A stretch of DNA of 64,000 nucleotides from Paramecium tetraurelia (taxonomy: Eukaryota): assembly GCA_000165425.1 (NCBI GenBank), contig CT868043.1:62001-126000 (forward strand), written 5' to 3'. Position numbers and translations under genes: made by a program. The notes under the pieces are model-generated. The model was not told the DNA's origin and ran no database searches. It saw only the letters and a list, made by a program, of their open reading frames with translations. This document shows positions 1 to 13,196 of this stretch, in pieces. The number at the start of each line of letters is the position of its first letter. The first letter of the stretch is position 1.

Positions 1-491
1 AGAGGAGATGTCATTCCAGGAATATAAGTATATATATTGACAATTTATTAGATTGATGGAAACAACGTATTCTAAGTTAGAGAGACACTCAAATTCGCCA
101 AGAAGCACTGTCTCGAAAAGGGACCAATCTTCATTGAAGCCATGACTTACAGATATCATGGACATTCCATGAGTGATCCTGGTGTCACCTACAGAACAAG
201 AGAGGAAGTTCAATAATAGAGAAAGACTAGAGATTGTATCAACTATGTTAAAAACATTATTCTTGAAAACAAAGTGGCTGATGAACATTAATTGGAAGTA
301 TTTCATTACTTTATACTTTTTAGGAAATCGATAACACAGCTTAAAATGAAATTGATATTGCTGTTGAATAAGCCAAAGTTGATCCAGTTCCACCAAGCAC
401 TGAATTGGCAACCGATGTTTATGTTGACAATTAAAATCATTTCATTAGAGGAATCTTATATAAGGATAGCATTCTACCAAAGAGTTAATGA
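1..491 (+). CDS. PDHA1: Pyruvate dehydrogenase E1 alpha subunit, 3' part (truncated by window)
   Basis: [29 protein letters not shown] signature; two tiny introns; TGA 489-491. Confidence 0.95.
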
Positions 492-1529
492 TAAATTACC
501 ATTTAGAAAAATAATATATATACACCTAATCTATTTTATTACTCTCAACAAAGATTCAAATATCTAAAATATCATGTTCTCCTGCATTGAAGACTAAACT
601 GAAAAAGATATGGTTACATGTGAGTATTCTTAAAATATGTCTTGTGCCAGTCTGACGATATGCCATAATGGTGGCGTTAAAATTCTGAAGAGCAGAGAGC
701 ACTGCATAACTTGCTGTATTATATTATACTTCTTCCTGTGTGTTATCTTAATCATACGCGTAATCAAAGGAGAAGATATACATTGTATACTATTTGGGTT
801 GTTAAAGTATTCTTTAAGATGCTCAGGACCAACTAAATAAATGTTTATATTCATAAGTCTTCGAGAAACTTTGTAATTTAAGGATCTGCATTTTTATTTT
901 AGTCATGCGCTCAATGTCTTTCCTATACCCTAAGATTTTTGTTTGACTAAACACCTGAAAATATACATTCAAATACTTTAGTTTAATACAACATAACATA
1001 AGCGATCTGCAGCTCCTATACCAATTTATGCTTCCTGTAAGTAATTTCGATATTAAACAATAGAATTCTTTTTGATGGGACAAAATCATTACATAAGGGT
1101 ACAAAAAATTCCTATTTAATAAATTCCTGTCAATATGTAATACTAACTACTATAATGCAATGATTATCTTTAGGGATGTTCAATTAATGTATCTTACTAT
1201 ACTTAGAGTATTTCTTCTTCATATTCTCCAAGTTTAATTCAAAAAATTCCTTCAAGATCTCAGGATCAGTAATCCTAATATAGCCAGTTCTTACTATATA
1301 TTGTTATTTCATTGCTCCAATTGTTTCTGATTATGGATCGTCACAGGCTTAGAGTGGATGGAAATTTGACGTTTATGAACTACTAAGTGAGAGAGTGTCG
1401 ATAAAAGAATCTAATTGACGGGGCTTAATGGTTCTCTTTGGATTCTTGATAGATCGATGTCAATATTAATTTGATAGAACTGCTGGAATTAAAGTTGATT
1501 TCGTAAAATATATAAATTTATTATTAACT

Positions 1530-2711
1530 TCAGATTTTTTTAACAATTTAAACGATATCTTCATCTAATAATTAATGATCCTTTCCTACTTTCTATGGAT
1601 TGTATTTCACACTAGCTCCCCAAACTAGTGCATATCTGAAGTCCTTAATCATGCTTTTGTGTAACTTATTACAAAAATCGGTGATTGTTGAAAACTTTCT
1701 TTGCACAATAACAGGAGCATTGTAATCTATTGTAATCTACGATAATAAGTACCTGGTTCTAATCCTTTTGGTTTAGTGTAGATACGAATGAGATCTAAGT
1801 AATCCCAAATTCTTTCCACTAATTCATCCAAATTCCATTCCAAAAAGGCAGAGATGGGCACGTAATGTGGAATCTTGTCCAAAACATTGAGTTCTTCCAA
1901 AGTGATATCGTCAATCTTATTCATTACGTAAAGACATGGGATGTACTTACGATTGCCTTCAATAATGTCAATCAAGTCTTCATCAGTAGCATCACATTTA
2001 AGGTTGATGTCACAATTGTTAATCTTATATTCACGTAAGATGGCCTATTTGATATTAATAGTAATATACTTTAATTGTTTCATCGTCTAATCTTGGAGCA
2101 TCCTGTGTTCTAGAAATGGTGATACCTCCTTTATCTCGTTTCTTGAATTCTATTTATGGTGGTTATTTATTTAATCTGATGCCAAACCCTTCAAGTTCTC
2201 TTTCAATGATTTTTTTATGAACCATAGGTCTTGTGGCATCCAACACAATCAATATTAAATTGCAAGTACGAGCCACAGCAATAACCTGTTTACCTCTACC
2301 TTTGCCATCCTTAGCACCCTCGATAATTCCTGGCAAATCAAGCAATTAGATTTTGGCACCTTTGTGTTGTAACACCTATTAAAATATTGAATAATCTCTA
2401 CTCCAGGTATGCAAGGTCAGAGTTGTAAATTCGTAGGCTGCGATTTTAGAAAACACTCCTGTAAGTTTGGTAAGCAACGTACTCTTACCCACAGAAGGGA
2501 ATCCTATCATACCAATACGAGAATCTCCACTCTTAGAAACTTCAAATCCTTCTTAAGTGCCACCTCCCTTTTTAGAAGAGGAATCGATCATTTCTCTCTT
2601 CAGTTTAGCCAACTTAGCCTTCAATAAACCTAAATGGTATGATGTGGCCTTGTTTTTTTGGGTCCTCATCATTTCGGTCTCAATTTCGGCAATCTTTTAT
2701 GCTGTGGTCAT
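1530..2711 (-). CDS. DRG1: Developmentally regulated GTP-binding protein (DRG1/Rbg1)
   Basis: [66 protein letters not shown]-terminal DEDIVQIVKKI; three short introns. Confidence 0.95.
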
Positions 2712-2724
2712 TTTTAATTAAATT

Positions 2725-4422
2725 ATGATTGTACAAAAACAAATTTTGGGTTCAGGAGGATTCAAGATGTCAGCCGAAATAGAAACAGGAAACAAATCTT
2801 AGCAATAGCATATCAATAATGACCTTCCAACCAAGAATGAATTGTTTAATTAGTTGGGAAATATACGTGATGATGACTCTGTTAAAGCTAATAATGATCA
2901 CAGATGGAATCACTTTAGAATTTCTAAGCAATTAATTCAAATTACCGTATAGTAAGAACAATTGAATTACTTGCCATCTAAACCCCCCACTCCTTAAGTG
3001 ATTAAATAGGAAGTTAGCACTTAGAGACTGACTTCTCAAAGAATTAGAGAAAATGCTGGAGGAGCGAAAGCAACATTTGAGTGGAAATAGCTCTCAAGAG
3101 ATATTAAAATTCGATTTGTATGAGTGGTATATCCAAGTCAATAAGGATTGCTGACATATTCTCATCGTAAAAAGTCATTATCTTAAAAAACACCAATCAC
3201 AGAGGAGGATTTCTTATCTGCTATTTAACCTTAACCGAAATATGGAGATCAATTAAAACAAATGATCATCAATTTAAAGTAACTCGACCATAACCATTCA
3301 ATTTTGATAAGAGAGAAAAAGATCGTTCTTTTTTTATTAGAGAAGGAAGTTTAAGAAATGTTAGAAGAAAAGAAGAGAACTAATTCATGTAGAGTTTCAA
3401 GGCCAAAGCAGTACCACAAATTGTGAAATAAGATGGTCTGTATGAAAAAATACTGAATGATAATGAAAAATTGACTCTTAAAAATAAGAGACCAATTTCT
3501 TTTTATAAAAGAGACAAAAATTCATCAAGAATGCCACGTAAAAAGTATTGGAAAGAAAGATTAAAGTTTGTTTTTAAGGCAAAAGCAATACCTTGACATG
3601 TTGATGTGGAATGACTTAGAAAAATGGAATAAGATGAAGAGCCAAGAGATAGGAAAGTATAGCTAAACATGCTCAAGAATTAACAATGAATTCTAGAATG
3701 CCATCCAGGATGAGAGATAAATATAAGGGTAGCCATAATCACACAATTATATGAAAACTCAAATATCTTACAAAACCAAACCCATTCCAGACTTTGAGAA
3801 ATTGCACTCATCTTTTTAAGACCAAATAAATCGAAATAAACTATAAATGAGAACCACTAAATCTGAACCTTTTAATTTCCAATAATCTCGCAAAGGTGTA
3901 GATAGACCATATCTTGATAGGGAGAATGAAACAAAAATCAATCCAATTAAGGAATATCAAACCTAGATAACCACCATCTATGAAGAAGTGGGAAAATATT
4001 TGCGAGTTCTTGAAGTAAGAAAGAATCAAGAAAGTTAAAAAATTGGAATAAAAGAGTGAGAGTCTAATAATCAGAAGAATTTAAGAAATTCAAAAACTAG
4101 AATAATAGAGGAAAGATAGAATTGCTCAATTAAAAAAAGAATCCAAAGAATAAGAAATGAAACAGAAACGCTTCATTGAAAATTGTTAGAGAAAGCCTAC
4201 TGAACAACCTTTACTTGTTGAAAGACGTAATATCCAATCAAAAAAGTATGATTAGCCACCAAAAGGTCTGTGTAATTAGAGAAGATGAAAAAACTGAGTA
4301 AGAATGATAAAATACTAAAATAAAACGGAGTCATGAATAGAGATGAGTATTTCGATAAAGAAGAAAAGGTTACAATTCTAACAATATCATATTTAATAAT
4401 CTTATTGAGTTATGTTATTTGA
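2725..4422 (+). pseudogene. FAM161/UPF0564-like microtubule-binding protein, disrupted
   Basis: Motifs FKAKAVP, FKAKAIP and KPIPDFEKLHSSFQ..TKSEPFNF; in-frame TGA at 3594 and 3612, frameshift before SRMPSRM, further breaks near 4280; ends approximate. Confidence 0.75.
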
Positions 4423-4550
4423 TATGATGAATAATTATTATTTGATAATCATAAAATGAAATTAATCTAGAAAGAATAAGTAATATATTTAATTAATAAA
4501 ATTCTGATATCCGAATATTATGAATTAATAAAATACTTGATTAGTTAATT

Positions 4551-6216
4551 TCAACGATATTGATATTCGTACGGCTAATGAAACTTTTGATAAGATTGCA
4601 TCTGAATTTGATTTTCTTAAATTGAATTTCCATAAACTGAATTCATTGTTGGTTCTAATCTGTTTGAGGAGGGTACCATTATTGTTGACTTTGTTTGTTT
4701 TTTGTATTGAATTTAACTTCCAAAATAAATAGTGGGCTAATTGTGAATATTGACTTTTTCAGGTTTAAATTTCATATTTCTAGTCTTGTGATTCTGCAAT
4801 TCTTTAACTTTTTCACACTATGGACATTTCTCATAATTTCTATTAATACAACAAACTCCAATTACATGTTTAGAACAACCTATGTCTTACATCACATTGA
4901 ACTCATCAAAAGGAGACAAACAATATGAACATAGCTAGTTTGGGAATTTTTAACTTTATTCACAGAATTATTATGATCGTATTTCTTCCATCTTACTCAT
5001 CAGTTCGAATGGATGTGAGTTTCCCTCTTGGAAATGATCTTTACCTTAAATTGTTTGTGGCTAGTAAGTCCTATTTTCCCATGGTTGATAATTTAAGCCA
5101 TAATATGATTATCTAAGCATAATCCCAGCATAATAACTAGGATATAAACATAAATTACTCATTAGGGTCTAAATCAAAAATTTGTTATCTAGGGAAAGGA
5201 TAGCCATACATATTATCATGATTTTGTTGAATTCGTTCTTGATTTTGTCTCTTATATCGATTTGAATTATCCATGGTTTTTGAATCGTATCTCCTGATTT
5301 CATGGGGATGATCATAGATTTGCTATTATTTCAGATACTTTGCATCTTCATATTTGGATTCCTTTTTACTCTGATCTCCTTTTGTGTCCATTTCATAAAA
5401 TTGTCGTGTGCATAAATGATAGTCATTCAGTATTTAACTATCTTGAGTTTCTTTTATGGCATCTTCCAAAAACTCGTTTTTCAAAATTATTTGTTCGCAC
5501 TCGCATTTGAAAAAATTGTCTTTTGAGTTCTACTTCTAAGTTTAGATACATGTTAAGCAAATGTAATGTTTGCAAGTCAATTTAATATAATACTAAATTT
5601 AAATATTACACTTTGAACATGGGTATTTAGGCAATTATTTAAATTCACAAGGAGGGATAAGGAAATAGAATTCATTATCGTTTTTTAAGAGTAAAATTTA
5701 TTAAACTCCCCTTCCATATTTTTCATTATTGCTATGCAAGAGTGTAATTTCAATTTATAAAAATAATCCTATGCTATCCAAAGACGGCTTCTAGTTTTTC
5801 ATTAGGAAATGTATTCTACACAGTTCATCTAATAGCTTCTCAATCTTTTCATTATAATTCTATTGTTTTGATAAATTCCTAAAAAATTGTTATATTGGAT
5901 TTTAATCTTCAAAACTTTGGAGTATTAATTATCGTAATTATTGAGAATCTTCAGTCAAACTTTTTCCATTGGTGTTCAAAAATTTTTATAGTGGTTGAAA
6001 TTTTTTCTTATTCAAGAAGTAATGAATGATAGAACAAAAAATAGCGAAGTTTTGTTTATTTCCTAACTTTTACCAATACAGCATCCTCTCTAATTTCTAA
6101 AATTGACTTCTAATTTTACTAGGAATGAAACTAGTGACTAGCATATGAATTAAATCAATTAAAAATAATATTTATAGCAGAATCTAAGATTATAATTATT
6201 GTAAAATGATATTCAT
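4551..6216 (-). CDS. Protein with two RING-like Zn fingers preceded by a degenerate otubain/OTU-like domain
   Basis: CSKC..TCKHYICLTC..CEC (~5490-5620) and CSYC..GCSKHVIGVCC..CPQC (~4810-4935); one 22-nt intron near 5137-5158; start uncertain; OTU call tentative. Confidence 0.65.
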
Positions 6217-6748
6217 TTCTTGATTTTTTCAAATAATTTACAATATTTATAAATCCTTTTAAATTTGAAAACCTACTAATGGCAAGATTAATTTATCATC
6301 CTATAAAATAACGTACTTCATTTGAATCATAGGAATATAATCAATTGAAGAAAACATTAATAGTTTACTCAAAAATGAATACAAAAAAATAATACTATTA
6401 TTGAATTTTTTGAATTTTATAAGTAGGGAATGCATCTTAATATTCATCTACCATCAGATCCCATTTTTAAAATAACCACAGCTCCTTATCTAGAGTTAAA
6501 ATCATTTGTACTAAAAATCAAATCCCAATCTTGATATAATTCATCTTAAAATAATAATTTCTCCGTTTATAAAAGTTTAATTATTAGTTTTTTAATTCTC
6601 TTATGATTTTCATGTTATTAGAAAATTCAACTATCTTCTAAGATTATTCTAGTATATGTAAAACATAAAAAAATATAATATTTATACTTTAGATGAAGAT
6701 TTATCATAAATATTTATAAATTTTACTTTTTTCAATTAATTCTAATTT

Positions 6749-9115
6749 TCATTCCTATTTTCTCTTTAGTCGGTAAGATGATTTATTTTATTTAAGTTTA
6801 ATTTTATATATTTGTGCTCTAATTTCAAACAATTATAAGAAATCTTTATTTACTTTATTCTTACTAATATAATCAAGAGCAATACAAGCATAATAGCCTG
6901 AAAGATTATAATTAGATTTGTCAACCTAAATTGGAAATATTGGGCTCACATGAATTTCAAACTCTACCCTTTCTCTTAGAAGCTAACTAAACAAGTGATT
7001 CAAGCAAAGCTTAATTTCTGTGTAGTATTATTGTGGTTTATCAATTGAATCATAAATTATAACAACTCGTTGGTTTAATTGTACAGAGACTACATAAAAA
7101 AGGGTGTCCTCTTTTATAATGAATGCAATTTTTTAATAAATGTACCAAAATTAATATTAAATGGCTTACAAATCATCCAATTAACTTAGGATCAAATCTA
7201 TACAAATATCATTATTCTATTTATAATTTAATCTATACTCTTCTAAAAAACAACTTGGAAAAATAAATAATCTTGGATAGATTTATCTAATTTTTTTTGG
7301 CAATCTAAAATAAAATACTTATTCTTTAATTTATAACAATTCAGCAAAAGCATTAATTTGGTCGCTAGTTATATATTGAAATTCTTATTAGCTTTATTCA
7401 ATATATCCATAACTATACTCCTAAAGAAAATCAGAAGTTTCGAGGCTGTCTAAAGCTATCCATTTTGTCTTATAAGGTTACTAAATCTTCTAGGGAGAAT
7501 AACTAATTTTTAACAATTTTAAAGTCAGGATACTTTATTATTCTTAATTTTAAATTTCGTCTTATGTAATTAAATTTTAACCTAGATAATTGTTTTTATA
7601 ACTTTCTATTAATTCATTTATATTTTGAGTATTTAGAACAACAGCCATTTGGCTTTCAGTTTAAAATTGTTTTTAATCTATCTTTGGTAATTAAGATTTT
7701 TAATTTTCTGGATTTTTCATTTGTTCTGTTATTTCATTTTTTTAATTTTAAATGCTAATTATTTGGTTTTTTAATTTGAAATATTTATTATTATAATCTT
7801 CCTTATTCTACTGAATCTATTTTTCGATATTCGATGATTCCTCTTTTAATGCTTAATATTAAATTTAAAGATTAGACAATTCATTTTTTTCTTTTTTCAA
7901 ATTATCTTCCTTAAAATAATTATTTAGAATATCCTCTTCATATTTCCTAATTTATGATCTTGATTTCTCTTAATCCATTCTTAATTTATTTTTCTATTCT
8001 TAAATTTAATTGAGTTTTTCATTTATTTCTTATTGAAGTCTTTGCTTTTCCTGCTTTAAGGCTTAAATTTAGTTTTCAAGTTAAGCATTAATTTATGAGG
8101 ATTTATGTTATTCAAAATTATGTCTTCTACTAATTACTTTCCGTGATTGATCATAACTTTAAGTAGATTGAAATTGCTAATTTTCATGTATTTTCATTTT
8201 TAATTATTAATTTATTGAGTTCAAGTAGTTGTTCAGACTTTTAAGTTCTTCTTCTGTATTTTAATCAATTTTTATTATTTCATAATCTTTTATTTCTATC
8301 CTTTTCTATAAAATTTATATTCTCCTTTGAATTGTTTCATTATTTGTTTATTTGTTGAAATTTTAGCCACCCTGCTCAATCTTTTCAATATTTTCCATCT
8401 TTTATGAAATCTGCAATTCGAACGATGGATAATATTGAATTGTTATTGTATTTTTAATTTACAGCATATCTTCTTATTCTTTATGGTTTAGAGATTCAAT
8501 TTCAATTTGCTTTTACAATTATTCCATTTCGCAATTTTTTTAGTATAATAATAATTCTAGTTTTGATTAATCTTTTTATTATATTAATTATAAAGGGCTT
8601 GGTAATTTTTTTGCTTCTTTTCTTTTTATTGAGGTGCCAATTTTATTATTAGCGAGTAATTATTGTACTCTAATCGTATTAAAATTTAATAGTACATATT
8701 TTGTTACGGATATTCTAAACTCGGAACTGCTCTTGATTGAGGTGGAGATTGTGATTCACTAACTTTATCTTTAAATACTATTTGAAACTTCTAAAGATTC
8801 ATGATTTTAAATTATTCAATAAAAAATTAGGCATTATTCATCTTGAATCTTCTAGGTGCTTATACATTTGGCTTCTTCTAAGTTTTATTCTCTATAAGTT
8901 TTCTTTAAAGTTATAAACTATATAATGCGTTTTAACCTCCTTATGATATGCCTTTCACTTATGTTAATTCTTTCTCACTTGCCTATATGATAAAAGTATT
9001 CTACTTGTAACTTGATGCTTTATGCATCTGCATATTACTACATTTAGTTCAGAGTTTCAAAATTAATGACTTAATGGATACGGATATTGTTTGATTATTA
9101 TTTTTACTTACTCAT
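6749..9115 (-). CDS. Q/E/K-rich coiled-coil protein with C-terminal degenerate Ulp1/SENP (peptidase C48)-like domain
   Basis: Open in table 6 with 22- and 26-nt introns; YITSDQINAF..RLFIFPSCF..VVIIYDSID..PIQVDKSNYNLSGYYAC follows Ulp1 motif order. Confidence 0.6.
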
Positions 9116-9274
9116 ATTAGAACCTAAGGTATTGTTTAATAATTATGCAATATTAATAATACTATAAATTTTACTTTTATATGCTTATAGAATTTGTATG
9201 ATAAAAATTTATATTTAAACATTTCATAAAATAGTTTTATGTATTTAATAAAACTTAGAAGAGAATAAAAAATC

Positions 9275-11739
9275 TCATAAATGTTGCGGGATTTTTGAAG
9301 GCAATCCTTTCTTTGCTCTAATATCTTACAATATTTAATGGGCCTATAATCATAGACAATATCTACTTCAGAGCTCTCCTCTAATGGATCACTATTTAGA
9401 AGAGACCAATGATCAAAAGAACTTAAACTGTATGCTTTATTTTAAGTCATCTCATTTAATTAATCATGAAATTAAAATATATTAGGACCATTCACATATG
9501 CGATGATCTGGATTATAGATATATGTACTTTTTGGAATGATGTTTTAGCGAAACTCTTTTCCTCAATCACTATCCCTTATGCATTATTGATACATTTATA
9601 AACTTAGTCTATGACCTATATATTTGAGTGTATTTCAACCAAAAAGACAGGTTCCTGTAGCCTCGGTTATGCTTACAATTGGCATCCATAAAATAATCTC
9701 CTTGCTGTTGGTAGAATTTAACCTGCTCCTCTATGAATAATATCAGCATGAGATAAATATTTTAGAATATTCACCTATACTCCCCTTTATTCCTCTTCAC
9801 AAAGTGCCCCTTCTTTTGTAAACCATTACCAAGATGTATTCAAATGGTCTATAATTTCAGAAATGTGATGGTAATCCTCAGGACTTGTTTTGTTTACAAG
9901 AATATTTGGTCCTAAATTGTTTGGACCAAAAGCAAATATTTGTAATTTATCGCTTTGATACCAGTTATTTGAATTTATTTTTATGGATTATAGAAATGCC
10001 ATAGATTGGTAATCGGATTCAATTTAATTCAATAGATTATCACTTAATGGGGTTGCTTATGCTCCAATTATGTTATGTTTATTTGGGGTTTTTAATTCAT
10101 TATCTTATGATATGCCTGTGATAGTCTCTTTGTAACTAACAAAATAATTAGATTTTCTAATTTCAACACTTTTTAAATATTTATTAACTAACTCATCCAA
10201 AAAATACTGTAAAAAGTGATAAGAATTCGCAGCCAAAATCAGACAAGGATCTAATGTTAAAGAGATAGTAGGATTCAATTTTATTAACTACCTAATGGCA
10301 TCAATTACAAAAGTCAATTGGGCTGGTTCTACAGGGGTAATTGTTATCTTTACTAATTTATCTTGTTGTAATTGTATAGGCAACATTTAGATTGAAAGTT
10401 GGACATCTGTTATAGTACAAGTTCCTTTGATAAATTAATCAATTCCTTTAATTCCCACAATATTTCCAGATGGCACCTATTCTATATAAGCGGGTTCACC
10501 TATAGGAAAATAAAATGTTTATCCTACTGTTGATTAAAATAGATCAGATTTAGAGCCCTCCTTATATTGAGATCCCAAGATTCTAATTTGCTGTCCAGTA
10601 TGGATTGTTCCAGAATACACTCTCCCAATTGATATGAATTCCTATTTATATGGTATCATTAAGCAAATTTGTATCACCAAAGGCCCTTGTGGATTGCAGT
10701 CTTTAATTGATTCTAATAGTTTGTCTTCCTTATCCAACTTGAAAAGATGTGCTGCTCTGTATTTCTATGCAACCCTGGGAGGAGGTATATGGAATACACA
10801 TGACGACATAATAGAATCTGCTAAATTGATCCAGGAGTTTAGAATTGCTGACAACAATTTTTTACCATCTAACTATCGAATGTCTTCACTTAATTAAATT
10901 CCAATTCGCTCTGTCATTTAAGAGACAACATCTTTTTGACCATTCACAATTGCTTACGATAATTTTAGGATGGGATCTAAGATGAAGGTAACAAATGCTC
11001 TCTTTAATGGTTAACTCTCTATAGATGCATTCTGAGTACTCCACTATTTTTTCGTTGCATCGAAATAGTGATCACCCCATAGCTTTTTTGCTAACTTTTA
11101 ATGCTCAATTCCAAATTTTATTTCATATTATTATGCAAATTATAAACAAGTAAATCCCCATTATTGTTTTGCAGATCCAAATGTGATTTGACCAAAGGCA
11201 GGATTTATTACACTGTCTGGTTCATAGAGATAAATTATTTGATTGATTTTTTCAATTATACGATTTAAATTTAAGTAAATTTGTTCTCCATTAAGGTTTA
11301 GTTTCAAAAATGCTTTGTCAATTTTGTTTATGAAAAACACCATACGGTTTTATTCTTTCAAGAATGCTCTTATTATTGTTTCAATCTCATAATTTATTTC
11401 TAACTAAAAGTTAATTATTACAATGGCTCCATCTGACAATCTTGCTAAACTTTCTGTTTATCCGTGATAGTTATTTTAAGATTTCATTAAATTTATCAGA
11501 TAACCATCCTCATTTCCTTTTTTGCTATTGATTGGCGTATAATATAAATTTTTGATGCCACATTATGATTAGAATTCCTAGTAAAATTGCAATTCATTAT
11601 CTGTAAGAATCGCATCCTTATTAGTTTATACACCCCATTTTTGAATGAAAATGTCATGTAGGTACTTGGACCCATTATCAAGTGAACCAGATATTGCAAT
11701 ATTTCTAATTTAATCTTGAGATTTCTATGCTTAAGTCAT
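9275..11739 (-). CDS. Divergent elongation factor 2 paralog with degenerate GTPase motifs (~806 aa)
   Basis: Colinear with eEF2 (IGRVYSGTI, VPSGNIVG, VSYKETI, FGPNNLGPNIL, HADIIHRGAGQILPTARR, FDHW); two introns (21 and 23 nt); length consistent with an intact frame. Confidence 0.9.
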
Positions 11740-12159
11740 ACTCTTTATCAATTTGGAGTTGTCTTTAATCATTACTAAATTGTTAATTCTTTAATAATTT
11801 TATTATTATTGTAAGTATAGTCTAAAATCTGATATAAGGAATATCATAATACAATGAATAAATATGTATTAGACTACTGATGATAATTAGATCGCAATTA
11901 AAATGAATCAATTATTTTAATAAAAATTTAACAATATTTTTAATTAAATAATTTTTATTAATATCTTTGCAACTAAATTCAAATTAACCTATTGAACTTT
12001 CCTCATTTATTCAAAGCTATTTGTTAGACTTATTTGTAATAATAGTCTCTATCTTAGATCCTGAAATATAGTAGTGAATAAAACTATGATGGTTGAATTT
12101 AGGTATAAATTAAATTTAATGGTAATTGATGTAAATTAAAATGTTATTTTATGTAATAA

Positions 12160-13161
12160 TCATTTTCTTGCATATTTCTCTGGGTTTTCAAACACTTCAT
12201 ACAATACTTTATTTGATTTGACAATGGCACCACCATCTAAGAATCTATGATCAGCACAAAAGTTCAATTAAAAGGTGGGTGTAATAACAATCTATCCATC
12301 CTTGACGAGTGTCTTCTCTACAATTTGATTAACAGTGACCATCAATAAATTTCTCATCATGGGAGTGAATGGAGCAATCGCATTTTTAAATCCGAGAGTT
12401 CCAATAGAAGTCACTGTTGCTATTCCAAAGCAATCCTTCTTCAAACCTAATGCCTTGATTGTAATTCCCAAATTATATGTAAGAAAAGATGTAATTTAAA
12501 TAAGTAAAGCAATGACACTATGAATTTAAACAATAAAAATACAATGGAGGAAAGAACCTGAGCATGCCTGATCTTTATTGATGTTCCTCATCCTTTCCTT
12601 GCTTGGTCATCTTAGCTTTACCATTTATGTATTCAGCAATATCTTCAAAGGTTTTCTTATCAGCATTTTAAACCAACAAGGCTGCTAGGTCGTCTCCCTC
12701 TCCTATGTTCACCAAACATGAGACATCAATAGTAGGAAACTCAACGAATTTTCCGAAGACTATCTTTCCGCAGATCTTCTTTCTGGTGGCACTAATACAT
12801 TCAGCTACGGCTCTAATACAGATGTGGGTTAAGGTCACACGGGAATCTCTTAATAAATTGATGAGATATCTTACTTAGCCTGTTTAGACTGGAGATATTT
12901 CATGGTGTTGGTTAGGTCGATTTCCACTAGGTTATAAATGATTCCTTCAGTTGGAGCACTCCAAAGGGCCTAAGACAATCTTCTTCTGCCAGATCCATAG
13001 CCAACATTGGGATAGCACAAATAGGATAATGCTTGATAAACAGCTATTGGATAAGATTGAGTACTACCTATGATGCCAAGAAATATGTATAGGAGTCTAG
13101 TGTCATAAAGGAATGAGTAGATTAGTACTGACGCTATGAAAGCGTTGTTTACGATTGTCAT
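12160..13161 (-). CDS. 2-oxoacid dehydrogenase acyltransferase (E2-type) catalytic domain protein with N-terminal hydrophobic segment, no lipoyl domain
   Basis: VTLTHICIRAVA, TSIGTLG, catalytic ADHRFLDGG; three introns. Confidence 0.8.
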
Positions 13162-13196
13162 AAAATAAATTAATTAATCAAAAGTATATATATATT

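Noticed and set aside
540..1470. Minus-strand coding-like region with ITDPEILKEF and VGPEHLKEYF motifs reminiscent of a P450 N-terminus
   Set aside because: No heme-binding motif, too short, and frames could not be joined; probably a decayed or unknown gene
3594..3614. In-frame TGAs as selenocysteine or readthrough
   Set aside because: Not at Cys-like positions, accompanied by frameshifts, no SECIS recognised
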